Below, piece by piece: positions 1 through 12,548 of a stretch of 64,000 nt of DNA (the stretch's first letter is position 1; the number at the start of each line of letters is the position of its first letter). Made by a program: the position numbers and the translations under genes. This DNA is from Pocillopora damicornis (taxonomy: Eukaryota). The notes beneath the pieces are model-generated. The model was not told where the DNA came from, made no database searches, and saw only the letters and a list, made by a program, of their open reading frames with translations. The stretch spans positions 310,001-374,000 of the forward strand of contig NW_020847747.1 of the NCBI RefSeq assembly GCF_003704095.1. Direction: 5' to 3'.

Positions 1-3
1 TAG

Positions 4-1586
4 TGCTTCATACGACACAACAGTCAAACTATGGGAGCTGGAGCGTGGCTCCTGTGTTCTTTCTCTCTCCAAACATCAAGAAGCAGTGCACTCTTTGTCA
101 TTTAGTCCTGATGGCAGATACATTGCATCGGGGTCTTTTGACAGGGCACTGAATGTCTGGTCAACACAGGTGGGGAATATATTCACTCTTTTTCCGATAA
201 TGAAATATTGTTTTTTTTTTACCCTTTAACTCCAGTTGTTGATCAATAATCGACTTTTCCTCACAGTTCCAGGGCATCTTCAAGCAAACGGGTGATGTTA
301 ACCCTTTAACTCTCAGATCAAATTTGTAATTCTCCTTACTGTCAACCATACAATTCCTATAATGTTAGTTCAGAGAATTTAGTATTGGATCAACTAATTA
401 TCCCAAATTCACATTTCTCTCTATTCTCACCACTTATGTGGTTGATCTTGTATTGATATGGTAAGGAGAAATTCTGTCTTGGTCACTAATGGAAATTAAA
501 GGGTTAACAGAAGAACGTATAGGTAAGAGGGTGCAACCTTGATCTAATTCCAGTTTATCAAAGAAATTAACAGCTGTAAGGAAAAGAAGTAACGATGAAC
601 TGCGACCCAAGACTCCTTAGAAAAGTGAATATGAGCGAATTAATCTGGCGTGCGCAAACGAGGAGACACGCAAACGGGTGATGGGAATAGGACAAGGACG
701 CACTTTAAACACGCCAGGAAAAGTTAGGAGCTCCTCGCGTGTTCTTTTCACAAACCAGGCTTTTTTTAATTCCCGTCTGAAAATCGAACCTGAATGGCAG
801 CCAGTCGCAGATAAGTAGCATGTGTTTGTTAATACATTGTTTTCATTTTTCTTTAGACTGGCACGCTACTTCATAGTTACCATGGTAATGGGGGTGTATT
901 TGAAGTACAGTGGAGTCCAAGAGGAGACAAAGTAGCTGCGTGCTTTTCAGACAATACGGTGAGTTAGCAGGACAATACGGTGTGATATCCAATGGTACTA
1001 AATGGTGATTTATTAAATTTAAAACTCCGAATATTGCATTTTCTAACGATCAATTCACTCAGCTCTGTTTATCAGCTCATGTACCTTAGCGATTGAAGCT
1101 CTGTTTCAGTCTGTAATTCTACAATGATTAATGAAGGCAATTGAACTAATTAGCAGTGCAATTTGGTGTGAGTTCTAATGCACCATATATTTCAAATCGA
1201 ATGAGAGCGCGGCGCGAGTTCCATTTGAATTCACAAGTATCACGAAGTTCAGTTACGTCACACAATGGCTTCTTTGTCTTTCTTTAACCTGAAATTTAGT
1301 TGGTTGCTTTAGACAAATCTTCAAATGTGATTGGTTGTTTTGAAGAAAGACAGTGTCATATGTGAACAAATCGCACTGCTGAGCGCCAATCAGATTGCAA
1401 GGATTGCGAAATCAGATTATGATTTCAAAGTGGATATGATAAAAAACAAAATTGGATGCCCACGAAGCGGTAGTTCTATAAGACTAATCATGAGTTGGTT
1501 TGGATTGGCAGTTTTCTTTCAATAAATTTAATGATTTTCTTCTATTTTCCTAACAGCTGTGCGTTTTAGACGTCCGGAATCTCTGA
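4..1586 (+). CDS. TBL1XR1: TBL1X/TBL1XR1 (ebi)-like WD40 corepressor subunit, last three exons (5' part outside window)
   Basis: Exons 4-169, 857-958, 1557-1586 with GT/AG ends give [16 protein letters not shown]...[28 protein letters not shown] / [34 protein letters not shown] / LCVLDVRNL*, matching the TBL1-family C-terminal WD repeats. Confidence 0.9.
298..507. mobile_element. piggyBac-like MITE in TBL1 intron
   Basis: TTAA|CCCTTTAA...TTAAAGGG|TTAA: inverted termini starting CCC, flanked by TTAA (298-301, 504-507), no convincing ORF. Confidence 0.7.
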
Positions 1587-3931
1587 TGTTTTTAAACCTC
1601 ATCCTATGTACAAATGTTCCTGGAGAACTTCAAAAGTAACTTTCCATCACTCAGTCCACCACAGAGAAGTCTAACGCAAGAGAACTCGCAACTGTCAGCT
1701 AGTTGTGATAACTTGAAAATCCATGAAATGCGTCAATTTACAGAACCAACGGACCAAAAAACCAATTTTGATTTTCACTATCGAAATATCGCTACTGTTT
1801 GCTTGATGTTGACTGAGAAAATTCGATTTTTTTAAATTTATTTTCAAGGGATGATACGTATTTATATTTTTGAGTGCTGGCCCCAGCAGAGGACGTATAC
1901 CCGAAGAGTTTTCGGCTGTTTTTCCAAAAGGAAAATAGCAAGAGGGTTCGGAAAGAAGTCGGTAACATATCGATATCGTGTGACATTGTAATGACCGACA
2001 ACTTTTCCTACATTAATTTTAGTCGACTTTAACAATGAATATTTCAACCTCTGTCATTTTCATCGTTGTGGAAAGTTTTCTTTAGTTCTGCGCAAGAACG
2101 CGTATTTATTAATTCTGATGATAATCTTTTTTAATATTTGTTACCTTAATACTTAAATCGCTTCAAACTTCACTTTAACTAATACCAGTTCTCATTGTGG
2201 CTCATTACGCGAAGGTGAAAAATTTCTTCCACGTTATTTGGACCACTGAAGAGAAAAGCTTTTGGTGTCCAATCATTACCTCGACTGTTATGTAGTAAAC
2301 ATTTGTGTTTTTATCGTGTATCATATCACCAGACATATTCTCTTCCGATGTAATTATGTTGAAGAAATTCTATCAATAGGCTGTACTTTTAAATTACAAA
2401 TATCAACATTAAATTTTAAAGTGCATAACTAAGTAATATCTAAGTATGTCGAGTAAAAGAGATTTGTTTACAACTCTTTGGTTCCAGTTGCACTGAATTA
2501 GCCGAATACTAATATACCTATCGGAAAATGAGTAACGAGAATTAACGCAGAATTTTACACGATAACGATAGAACTGCATGTGGAGATATTTCGTCCCATG
2601 ATTCAATTGGCGATAGAGAGCGGTAACCACCAGTGAAAAGCGCGGGAAAACATAAGACCGGTGGTCAGACCGGTGCGCGTTGGCTCGCGCGGGGAAACAG
2701 CTTTGTAAGCTGCCTAAATGGTTTAAAACAGAACCCAGAGGATCAAATCAAACAGTTCTTCATCCCGGTAAATGCACCCGTAATGTCGTTTGTCTCACGA
2801 TGTTGTCACTTTCGATGTAGACCCTCGGCGGACCAATGGCGTAAGGTTTTGTTCTTGTGCTTTTTGATTTGAGATTTGCTGCCTTGACGTCGGTCGGACG
2901 GCTGCCCGCTTAAATTCAACTTCATCTCGACTACGTCAAGTTATTTTTAGTTTCTTAAAAGGTAAGATACTGTTTCACATTTGAAGGATAAGTGGCAAAC
3001 ACACGCACTTTTTTGTGATTGACTGCGTTGCTATTTGTTGTTTGTTTGTGTTTGTTTTACATGTAACGCAACTTTTAATAAGAGATATATTGTCCATGCC
3101 ATGTTTAACGAATAGAGAAGCCTTCGCTATACTCTTTTCTATTATAAAGCACGCGGGAAGCGGCTTAAGCACGGAAGAAGCATTTCTTCAGTGCTCTAGC
3201 TGCTTCCTAAGTGCTTTACAACAGAACAGAGCACAGTCAAGGGTTGTCTATAACAAAGAATCCGTTAAATTCCCCACGCATTACTTTCAATTTTCAAAGC
3301 AAACTTTATTTGCAAAGCGAACAACAGCGATGTCACCATGCTTTGTACTCTCATCAAGCACGTTACAATGAGCTAATCAGAATTCTTGTTGGAATAGTCT
3401 AAATAATCTAAGCGTTTGAACAAGATTAGAGCTGTCAAAAATGTCAAACCATCCAAGTTCACAGTCTGCAATAGTTTGCAAACTGAGATAGTTCGGTAGG
3501 TCGAATTCAACACTTTTGCCTGAAGTTTTTTAGTCTCTTGCACACAATCTGAAAGTCTCATGTACAGAGACTGCGCAAGGCGAAGTTTGATGTGGCCTTC
3601 CACTCAACGCATCGGAAATGATATCACGGAAAGCTCTTAGTTGATCACTCGAAGCGCGGCCAATGTAACTTCTGAGGTTTGCATCAGATGGCGTGACAGC
3701 TTTAGCTCAGCTCTTTGCTTTGTACTCTGATAGAGCACGCTCTTTCAACCAATGACAGCGCGCGTTATATCCGAACTTCATTCTAGAAATATGTATTTGT
3801 CTGTAACATCTAGCTCATATTTACAATGGATATAGCTCTTCGGATTTATTTGTTCTTAGTATTGCATTTTACAACTGTTTCGTCCGTAATGGTGTGCTAC
3901 TATTTCGACCTAAAATCGAGTAATAAAGCTT

Positions 3932-3934
3932 AAA

Positions 3935-3979
<45 letters not shown>

Positions 3980-4083
3980 TATAGCAGGTAATTTAGTGTT
4001 AACAACTGGGTTGAAAACGTAAATTAGCCACCGTAAAGGGTAAAAAAGCTGACGTTTAGAGCGTTAGCCCTTCGTCAGAGCGA
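3932..4083 (-). mobile_element. Dispersed ~150-bp repeat, copy A, with hammerhead-like core (probably Penelope-like element derived)
   Basis: Near-identical reverse complement of 42869-43020. Minus strand 4083-4047 reads TCGCT-CTGACGA-AGGGCTAACGCTC-TAAA-CGTC-AGCT (GAAA changed to TAAA). Near-direct flanking repeat TAATA(A/G)AGCTTAA at 3921-3933 and 4114-4126. Confidence 0.75.
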
Positions 4084-4947
4084 TAGTATTTAGTATTTAT
4101 TACCTAAATTACCTAATAGAGCTTAAGTTTTGCTCGCATTTGAAAAATTCCTTTCTAACAATTTCGTATCGGAGGACATCCTATATGAGCCCATCTTCCA
4201 AAGAAAATATTTGGTATTATGCAGTATTCTTAACCGCGAACAAAGATATACCGGACTAAAACATACTACTCGATATATAGTGTAAAAGAACCAACTTGAT
4301 TGCAGATAGCAATCAGCACTGTTTTGATATTACATTTAACCTACTTGTGTGACTCTTGCACATGATTATAAATGGCGCATGAATTAAGCTGATCAAAAAT
4401 TTAAAACTATTACATTTAACTTCATTTTTTTAAAATGAAAATATAAGAGTGTTCCCCTAAGGGCCGTTGACTAAAATAAGACTCTAACTGTCGGAATCAA
4501 TCTCAGCTGCCTTACCTAAACGAGTCAATGTTACCAAATATCACATGCAATGTAAGCTGACAAAAATGTTCATTAAAATAGGATCGATTTACTCTCAGTA
4601 GTGTTTAAGGCATAGAGACTAACGGGACCGAGAAATCTGTAATAAAAAAAATTCATATCTAACGTATTAAAACATGATAAAAGCCCCTATCGATGGCTTG
4701 ATACTTGAACCCAGGACCTCTGGCTCACGATTTACGCTTCTACAAGATGGCAACGCCGAAGCCACACGCTGTTTAAAAGTTTGAAAATTGACTTTTGTGT
4801 CCTCCCTTGATGACTGAAATTTCGGCCTTAAGCCAATCATTGTTTATTCGATTATAGAGGTGGGGTAACAAGTCTCTAAAATTAGAATATTGATCAACCT
4901 CTCTTAAAGTAAATATTAGGGTCCACATTGGTCCACTCAGCATAGTT

Positions 4948-7900
4948 CTAATAGAAACGGGAGTGAATCAAAGATGTGGAAACGAGTTGAAGACATACCA
5001 TTTTAATATTACCTGACTCGACATCGATGACCTGAACGTTGGTTTCCGTGCCACCAAACTTTACTTCCACCCTTAATTCTCGGTCACATCCCTTAGCAGT
5101 GTTAGGACTGGGAATTAAAATTTCGACGTTTTCACTTACCACTCCGGGATCGGAGATAAAGTCAGCTTCATCTTCGTCTGTGCTGTAGAACTTGAAAGAT
5201 AATGCCGTCGAATCCGGATTGATGGGAAAAAAATTGTACGTTCTTTTCTCGTCAATGTCTATTCGTTCCCCTTTCTTGGCTAGGGTTTTAAAAATGTCAC
5301 GACAGTACACTTTCTCTCGACTAACTAATCGTTTCTCGAGCGGATGTTTTTCAGGATCGAACACAATACAGGTATTTAAACCATATGTCTTACCCATGAC
5401 CCTGGCTCGAAGTAAACTCGGTTCTTGGGCAAACTCTACAGCACCACGAATAATGGCGAGTTGGGGATCTGGTGGTATAAGAATGCGTTTGTCAGGAAAG
5501 CAGCGGGAAATTTCCCTCCTTAAAAACTGAGCTTCAGAAAAACCACCGACGAGAAAAATTGTCTTTACATCTTGAAGACTTTGCTTAGCGAGCAAGCTTT
5601 TCATCTTCTCCGCAATCTTGGTCACAATTGGACGGTGCAGGTTGCCAAGCATTCCCATGGTTATGTTCAAATAGTCGCTGCTGACACTCACATTTTCAGG
5701 ACAAGATCGCCGAATTCTCTCATTGATAGCATCATCATCTTCTTCAATGTCATGATGACAAGACTTTATAAAGTTTAAAGGGAGAGCGATACTAATTTCA
5801 TCGTTGTCCACTTCCTCTTCTGCCCTCTTCTGTTCCTCAAAGCGGTTCATTATGACTTGCCAGTCATTCGGGAATTGTTCTTGAAATCTTCTGATGAAGT
5901 CGTCTCCAAATGCTTTTATCATCAGTTGCTCAAATTCTTGGTCAACATGAATGCCACCAAAGGTACCGCCAGAGGGACAGTGTTTTTCCATAATATGTCC
6001 GTCATCAGCATTAACTTCGTGAACGGTGATATCTAAAGTTCCTCCTGTGGAGCAAAATTGAGTTAATATCTCACCTGTAAATTAGCTTCGATATTTTGTG
6101 GGAATTACATGACTAGCGCGTGGATGAGGTTTCTCATCTGTTTTGAATCTGATTGTATACACTCTCCTATTTAAAATGTTCTAATTTTATTCGTAAACGT
6201 TCTAGCCCTGGTCCTGTGCAGGTTGTGAAAAACACCGTCGATGGCCTGGCCACGATCCTTACAAATTTTTTTTCCTAACTATTGAAGGAGTTAGAACCCA
6301 CCTCCATTATCCACCACCATGTATGGAACTTTTTCCATGTCCAAAGTGTCCTTCACCAGCTCTTTTCCCTTTTGTCCCTTAAACATATCGAAAGGCAACT
6401 TTCTACAATAGTACGAAGCGGCTTCAGGTTCAAGGGCAAGGATGAGTTGGTCAGGATCCTCCGGGCTTGCAATCCCAGCCTTGAAAGAAACAAACGGGTG
6501 AGAAACTTTTGAAAGAGGTGAATCTCCCTTCTTTATCAGCCACGATTTAGATAAATCTATAGTTTGTTAGCTGGGTAGGTATAGTTAACTTGTATATTTT
6601 CATTTTTTTTTTGTATACAGTTTTCCCCTTTGAATCATAGGGCACATCGGAAAAAGGCTGCATTGATGTTTCGAGCATCAATTTTAAATCTAACTTAATA
6701 CTGCAAAAACAAGAATGGAAGGTATCAGTTACCTTATAAGCAGCTTTTCTCATGAATTCCTTGGCAGAAATTCGCCATATTGCTGGAATTGTTATCACCC
6801 ATTGGATCTGTTCGGGTTTGTACATAACTTCTGTGTTGGGATTGTCCTTTTCTGACCGGAGATGCCGTTCGTTAACGACATCTGTCGCAGTTTTCTTCAG
6901 GTACTCAAGGCACTTTGCAAACACATCCAAGGCAAGCCACTTTTTCCCATTCCTGGCCTTTACCTCTGTTCTCTCATTTAGGTCCTACATAGATTTAACC
7001 GCGACAAAAGTTCATGAACAACTCTCACCCTGACTTTGGGTAACTTAAATTCCTTCCGCTGGAAGATCGAATTTTCTACCATACTATCAGCTAAATGAGC
7101 AACGATAGAGGAATGGTAGTCAAAGCAACACATTTCTACTCAGTGGATTATCCCCAAGTCTTAACAAAACTTCCTTTCTGAAGAGATGAAAAGAAAATTT
7201 AGGGCGGAAGGGTTTGGAAAAATAGAAAGCAAAGTAGCGAGCTTTCCTCAAACGTCCTTGTATTTTCTTTTTTGAACGCTGCAAACATCGACCAGACGGA
7301 CAAGCAACATTGCTTGGATCTTGTGTTTTCGATATTTTTTGCAAAAGAATAGCAATGAAATAAAAGAAAAACTAAAAAAGACCTTAAACAGTTTGAAAGT
7401 TCGTTTTCGGGTGTAAAGAATACCAGTTCAGAAGAAAAATATGTTTTAATCGTCCTTGACGTCTAACTTTTACTGTGGTGGCATTCAACGTACAAACCTA
7501 ACCCTAACCCTAACCCTAAGCGAGAATTGAACCATAATTTGAAAGCTCTGACGGTTTGGGTACCGCGATATCCGTATAAAGCCTCATGCGTGATGTTACG
7601 TAATTGTGTCAAGTAATTTTGTGTATAAATTAAGTCCTCTGCATCAACTTTTATGTCCACTTTTAAAGAAGCAGTCGTCGTTTTCTGCCTGTAAAGCTAT
7701 GTACCGTCAAGGTTAATATTTTGCTGTGGGCTTATTTGTGAGTTTTCGTTCTCTAATGTGAATTTTCCTACTCATGTTTAGTGCTGTAGGCGTTTTGATG
7801 TTTTTAAGTAAATAATGAATCGAATTACCCGTGCCGGTGGAATTTCTGGGTGGTCGGGGCGTCCGGACTCGTGAACTCACAGCGTTTTGCTTCCAATGGA

Positions 7901-9054
7901 TTCGTTTGGTTGGCGTTACTCGCCGAGGTATCTTGGAAGCAGATGAACTAAAACCAAGCTAAGTTTCCCTAAATCAGCCCAAGAAATTCACACGATGCAA
8001 CAGAAAAACCGCTTGAGCGGGGTAAATTTATCCTGATTCAAAACTAGTCCAGATTTTATAAAGGTTGAGAGCGCCAATGTTCATTTCCATGCAAATCCTT
8101 TTACTTCACTAGGAGCCCAGTGCTCCTATCGCGCAACGTGAGCTATTTGCATATTCACAAAGGCTCAGTGTGTGAGCTTGGGTGTCCTGTGGTTGGACTT
8201 CAAAGTAGATAACAAAAAGATTTCATTCTTAACGTTATCTTCTTTATACCCGAAAACGAAATTTCGAACAGTGTTAATGTATTTTCAGGTTTTATTTTGT
8301 TTCATAATTACTTTCTCTTCATAAACGAAAAACTAAGGGTAGTATCATTCGTGTAAAAAAGGGTCCAAAGAATGTTGGCCAAAAATGTGAGAAGAGTTTT
8401 AATCGAGTGAACTCCTTATTCAGGCGACTGAGTTATGTGGTACAATAATAATTTACTTGCTGCGTTTCTCGTTCAATAATGATGGGAAATATATGAAAAT
8501 CATATATGTGCACTGCAGTGAAGAAATGAGATACAAGCGATCATAGCAGCTATGAACACTACTGAACTAGTAGTTGAAATAAGACCTCAAAAAAAAAAAA
8601 TTCAGGCCCACGCGGGATTTGAACCCATGACCTCTGCGATTTCGGTGCAGCTCTCGGTTGTGTTTATATGTAAGATTTTATGCTAGTAACTAACAGCGTA
8701 ATTTCTCCCAGTCAGTTGTGTTTATATTTAAGATTTTACGCCAGTAACTAACGGTGTAATTTCTCTCAGTCGGTAGTCTTTATATGAAAGATTTTATGCC
8801 AGTAACTAACTAATTTCAATAGTTCGAATGCAGTTGTTTGTTCACATCTAATTCTTGCGTATACTGTACGACTCGCTATAATGAACGCGGTAGAATTGGA
8901 ACGAAATGGCTGGGTTTTTTTTTTACCTTTATTGAAGAAATGTTTTGTTGTGATTGAAAAGAACATCGAAAAGCTTGCAAATAGAATTAGTTACTAAATA
9001 TGATACAAAGAATGCTTAAAAGGAAAGTTTGGTAGGGGGGTCCAAATCTGCGAA

Positions 9055-9085
<31 letters not shown>

Positions 9086-12000
9086 GCTATGACACCGGGT
9101 CGCATTACAGACGATTTTGCAGAATATTGTTTACTCAAGGGATTAAAATCTGTCAATACATTTGTTTTCTAATGCGACCATTTGTGATTTTTCAAAAATT
9201 TAAAATCGGTAAAAAACATCACAGACGCTGGTGTGCTTGGGTAGGCCTGACCAATTTTTCCAAATCTCGAAAACCAAAGTAGCCCGCCGCCAAAGCTGTC
9301 AACAATTGAAAAGAATGACCCAACATAGACGGCAAGGTCACGAACGTGAAAAAGAGCGCGGAATTTCATCGTTCACACTGACGTTTTTATTGCGTGCAGT
9401 TCGAAGCTACAACATGGACAAGAAAGATTTTCCTTTTCCTTATTACAGCCATCAAATGCCAAGAAGTGAACAGTATTCCTTCATTTATGACCTGGGCAAC
9501 ATACCCCCAATTTGGCCTGTTGTGAGCGCCGAACAAAGAAAACCTGTGAGTCACTGTTACCCTGTTCGGCCGCATGGTAAGTGTCGTGACTGAACTTAAT
9601 TTCACCTCTCAAATTTCCCATGTGATTGACGCTTGCATTTTCACTCGTTGAAATGCGACCGTATAAGCTCAATTTTATTTTCATTTCCGGTCTGATGCAA
9701 TTTGATTTTCCAGCCGATTTTTCAAGCCAAAAACATAGGCATGCCTAGCATGCAATAGTTATTTTTTTGGCTGAGTGGGATGAGATGGGACAGTTTGTCT
9801 AATTACTGTTTTCATTTTTGTCACCGACATAACATAACTTTCAAAAAACGAAAATATCGCAGAAAGACAGAAAACAACCTAATTTATCTGAACTCACACA
9901 GATATTATATGCTCTACTGCCTCTATTGTCTAAATACGTCTAAGTTAAAATGAAATGCATCGGTGCCACGCTTACTGTTGTCTCCTTCGCAGCCGTTGTT
10001 TGGTCTCGTCATACAACGCCCTCTATTTTCCCGTTTGAGAGAGAGCGCGCGTTGCGTGACGATACCAAATAACGGTTGCGAAAGAGACTACGCTTACTGC
10101 CGTTCCTCCAACAGCGAGAAAATCAAAGTTATTCGTCCACAGTTAGTTACCTCAAAAATATAATTCCGCGTAATTTTACAACGAAAAGCAAACTGAAACT
10201 CTGTTGTACCTCTAATAGACCTTAACCAAAGATATATTGCGATTCTCAAATAAGTGAAGATACATTGAACAAGAGAAAGGATAATATTTCAAAGAGGACT
10301 CCTTGATTGGTTGTTAACTATCTGGGCTTTGCCTGCTGTGTGTGAAATGTGTGATAAAATGCAAGTTGTTTTACAATGAATTAATACGCTATTGGGTTAA
10401 GTCCAAGGTAGCTTAAAGCGACTTTAATTCGTAGAAAAAGTCAAACGCGGGAGGATTGCGTAGAAAACTCAATATCAGTAGCATTTAGTTCTACGTGAAT
10501 TTTTTTCATAGGGATTGGACAATGCAGTTAGAATACGTAATAAAATGCATGTTGTTTACAAGAAAATAACACGCGATAGAGCAAAGTCCAATGTGGCAAA
10601 ATGGAATCTGATTGGTGGAATACAATTCAAGCACGTGAAAAATTGCCTAATGCTCATGTAGGACAATGATTAGGTATGTTCTAATTGGTCTTTGGACGTT
10701 GTTTTCATGGCGCGTGATGTAATATAAGTTGTTTGGCGTGTGTTTTGAATAAAGGACCGGAAAAGACACGTTTTGACTTTAAAATTTTAAATGTGTACTC
10801 TTCATATCCCGATAAATCTCGACCTTAATCGACGAGGCTCTCGCGAAGGCCACATACCATTACACTTACCAAATGAGCCCAAAATTTCTGGCTAATGTCA
10901 TTCTTTGATCTATGACATCATTTACAAGAAAAAAAATACCCAAATGCTGTGATTGGTGCAGGATATTCAAATGCTATGATATGATTGGTGCGAGATACAT
11001 ACCCTAATGCGGCAATCTGATTGGTGCGGGACACATACCCTAAACGATCTGATTGGTGCGAGCAACATACCACTCGATACGCTAACATGGAGTTATTAAT
11101 GAGAACCAGCCCTATTCAATTTTCTGACACGATCCTGCAAGGTCCCTTATTCGCGAAGTGAAAATTCCGCAAAATCTTCATCTTTCAGGGTTGTAAATTA
11201 ATATTTCATTGTACATCGTTATTTTGCATAATTTCACATGCGAAATAAAGAGGCTTTCAGGCACTTATTATGATATCTTCTCTTTCTGGTCGAAGCGGTA
11301 GCTCACTAAGGACGTTGATCGTCATTTATGTTGACATATCCTATTATGAATTGAGCAGTAACAGTTTTTTGCCGATGGAACAAGAAAGCTGCAATGCCAG
11401 CTCGAATAAAGAACCATTCTCAGACTCCTCCTAAAAATGAAGTTGGCATAAGCCTGCACAAAATTTTGCTATGATGACATAAAGAATAATTGCGTAGGCG
11501 CAACTTGCTACTACTGCTTCTAAATAAGTACGGTGACCCATCACTGTCTTTAAAAAATTTTACATCGTTTCAATCACTTTTAGTGATAACCATAACAAGT
11601 ATGGAGTTTCCGCGTTAATTTACCACATCGTTGCGAAGTGTTTTGCATCACAGACTAAAAGAAACAGAATTGTACGGTTCCTACGAGAACATTTGAAACG
11701 CACCGACGAACTTTAGTCGCTAGTTTGGTAAGCATATTCTATTTAACCCGAAAATTTGGTCGGAATCAGTAAACGTTACGACAAGCAGACAACTTTACAC
11801 TGCTAGTTTCGATTACTCACGGATGATCTGAAAACCATCAATAACAAATGTTGACACGTAAGCAATTAATGTAGAAGGAAAATTATGAACCGGTTCAGAC
11901 TTACCTTTTTGGAATGGAGCAGAAGTTTGAATTTATCGAAATACAAAAGCTTTTTACAATCCTTCTTTGACATCGCTTGTTTCCCGTACGTCTCTACTGC

Positions 12001-12213
12001 AGCATGTCCAAACTTATGGAATTCGCCTTTCTCGGTGAGGAGGAGAGCTGTTGGTGTTTTTCCGTAGCCCATTCCTTGTCCTCTTCCCCACTTTTGAAAC
12101 ACGTAGATATGATTTTGAGATGCGTTCAGGAAAACGTATCCAAATCCACTGTAAGTAGTGCCGAAGTCGATCGCAATTATGACATCTCTTTGAACTGGGG
12201 TTTGAGAAGCCAT
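4948..12213 (-). CDS. HSPA12A: Heat shock 70 kDa protein 12 (HSPA12A/B)-like atypical Hsp70, ~611 aa, 4 coding exons
   Basis: Exons 12213-11905, 6984-6733, 6479-6302, 6044-4948, phase-consistent. Motifs IAIDFGTTYSG, KTPTALL, WVITIPAIW...AKEFMRKAA, LALEPEAAS, VVDNGGGTLD, FLVGGFSE, FGGTE typical of HSPA12; no EEVD tail. Confidence 0.92.
7496..7519. repeat. Short interstitial (CCCTAA)n telomere-type repeat
   Basis: CCTAACCCTAACCCTAACCCTAAG in HSPA12 intron 1. Confidence 0.6.
8489..8655 (-). mobile_element. tRNA-derived SINE-like remnant
   Basis: Minus strand GAGAGCTGCACCGAAATCGCAGAGGTCATGGGTTCAAATCCCGCGTGGGCCTGAATTTTTT: B-box/T-loop GGTTCAAATCCC without a complete cloverleaf. Confidence 0.6.
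8654..8810. repeat. 58-bp tandem repeat, ~2.7 copies
   Basis: Units start at 8654, 8712, 8770, e.g. TCAGTTGTGTTTATATTTAAGATTTTACGCCAGTAACTAACGGTGTAATTTCTC. Confidence 0.85.
9036..9098. repeat. 3x GGGGGTCCAAATC subterminal-type repeat ending TGACACCGG; probable DNA transposon end
   Basis: GGGGGTCCAAATCTGC, GGGGGTCCAAATCCGC, GGGGGGTCCAAATCCGCTATGACACCGG; no partner end found in the window. Confidence 0.55.
9978..10090. mobile_element. Fold-back MITE with 9-bp target-site duplication
   Basis: ~40-bp imperfect inverted arms GTCTCCTTCGCAGCCGTTGTTTGGTCTCGTCATACAACGC / GCGTTGCGTGACGATACCAAATAACGGTTGCGAAAGAGAC; CGCTTACTG duplicated at 9969-9977 and 10091-10099. Confidence 0.8.
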
Positions 12214-12548
12214 GGTTTCGAAAATATCCTTCAAGTTATGCAAACAGAAACAATCATGAAATCGAAAGAAATCGTCTATATCTCGAAAGAAATTTGTCGA
12301 CACCACGGATCAAATGTTCCATAATATTATTTTATCTACATAAGACTATCAAATTTACCAAATCTGCGACTGAATGATCGAAAAGAAGACTTACAAACAG
12401 TCCTCTTCGTGTAGCAGCTGCACAGACTCCTTGTCTATTGTTTTTTTAAGAATCATATGATATGATTCCTAGAAACGATACACCCAAATTCTAAGAAATA
12501 AACAACGCATTTCCGATGTGTTGTTGAACTTGTTGAGATTTGTATTTC
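12214..12548. promoter_or_regulatory. Shared region between divergent start codons (5' UTRs and probable bidirectional promoter)
   Basis: Only 335 bp separates ATG 12213 (-) and ATG 12549 (+). A minus-strand GTAAGT donor near 12393 suggests a non-coding HSPA12 first exon, narrowing the promoter further. Confidence 0.6.

Noticed and set aside
3015-3371. 118-aa ORF
   Set aside because: GTG start, no domain signature, lies in repeat-like sequence.
5192-5778. Plus-strand ORFs of 112 and 68 aa, and similar antisense ORFs over filamin, PTB and DDX3 exons
   Set aside because: Shadow frames opposite well-supported coding exons, with no recognisable motifs.
7496-7519. Chromosome end or fusion scar
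   Set aside because: Only about four units inside a repeat-rich intron.
8600-8655. Possible tRNA gene
   Set aside because: Only the T-arm/B-box is recognisable; no acceptor stem or D-arm, so treated as a SINE head.
8654-8810. CRISPR-like array
   Set aside because: Contiguous tandem units without unique spacers, eukaryotic context, no cas genes.
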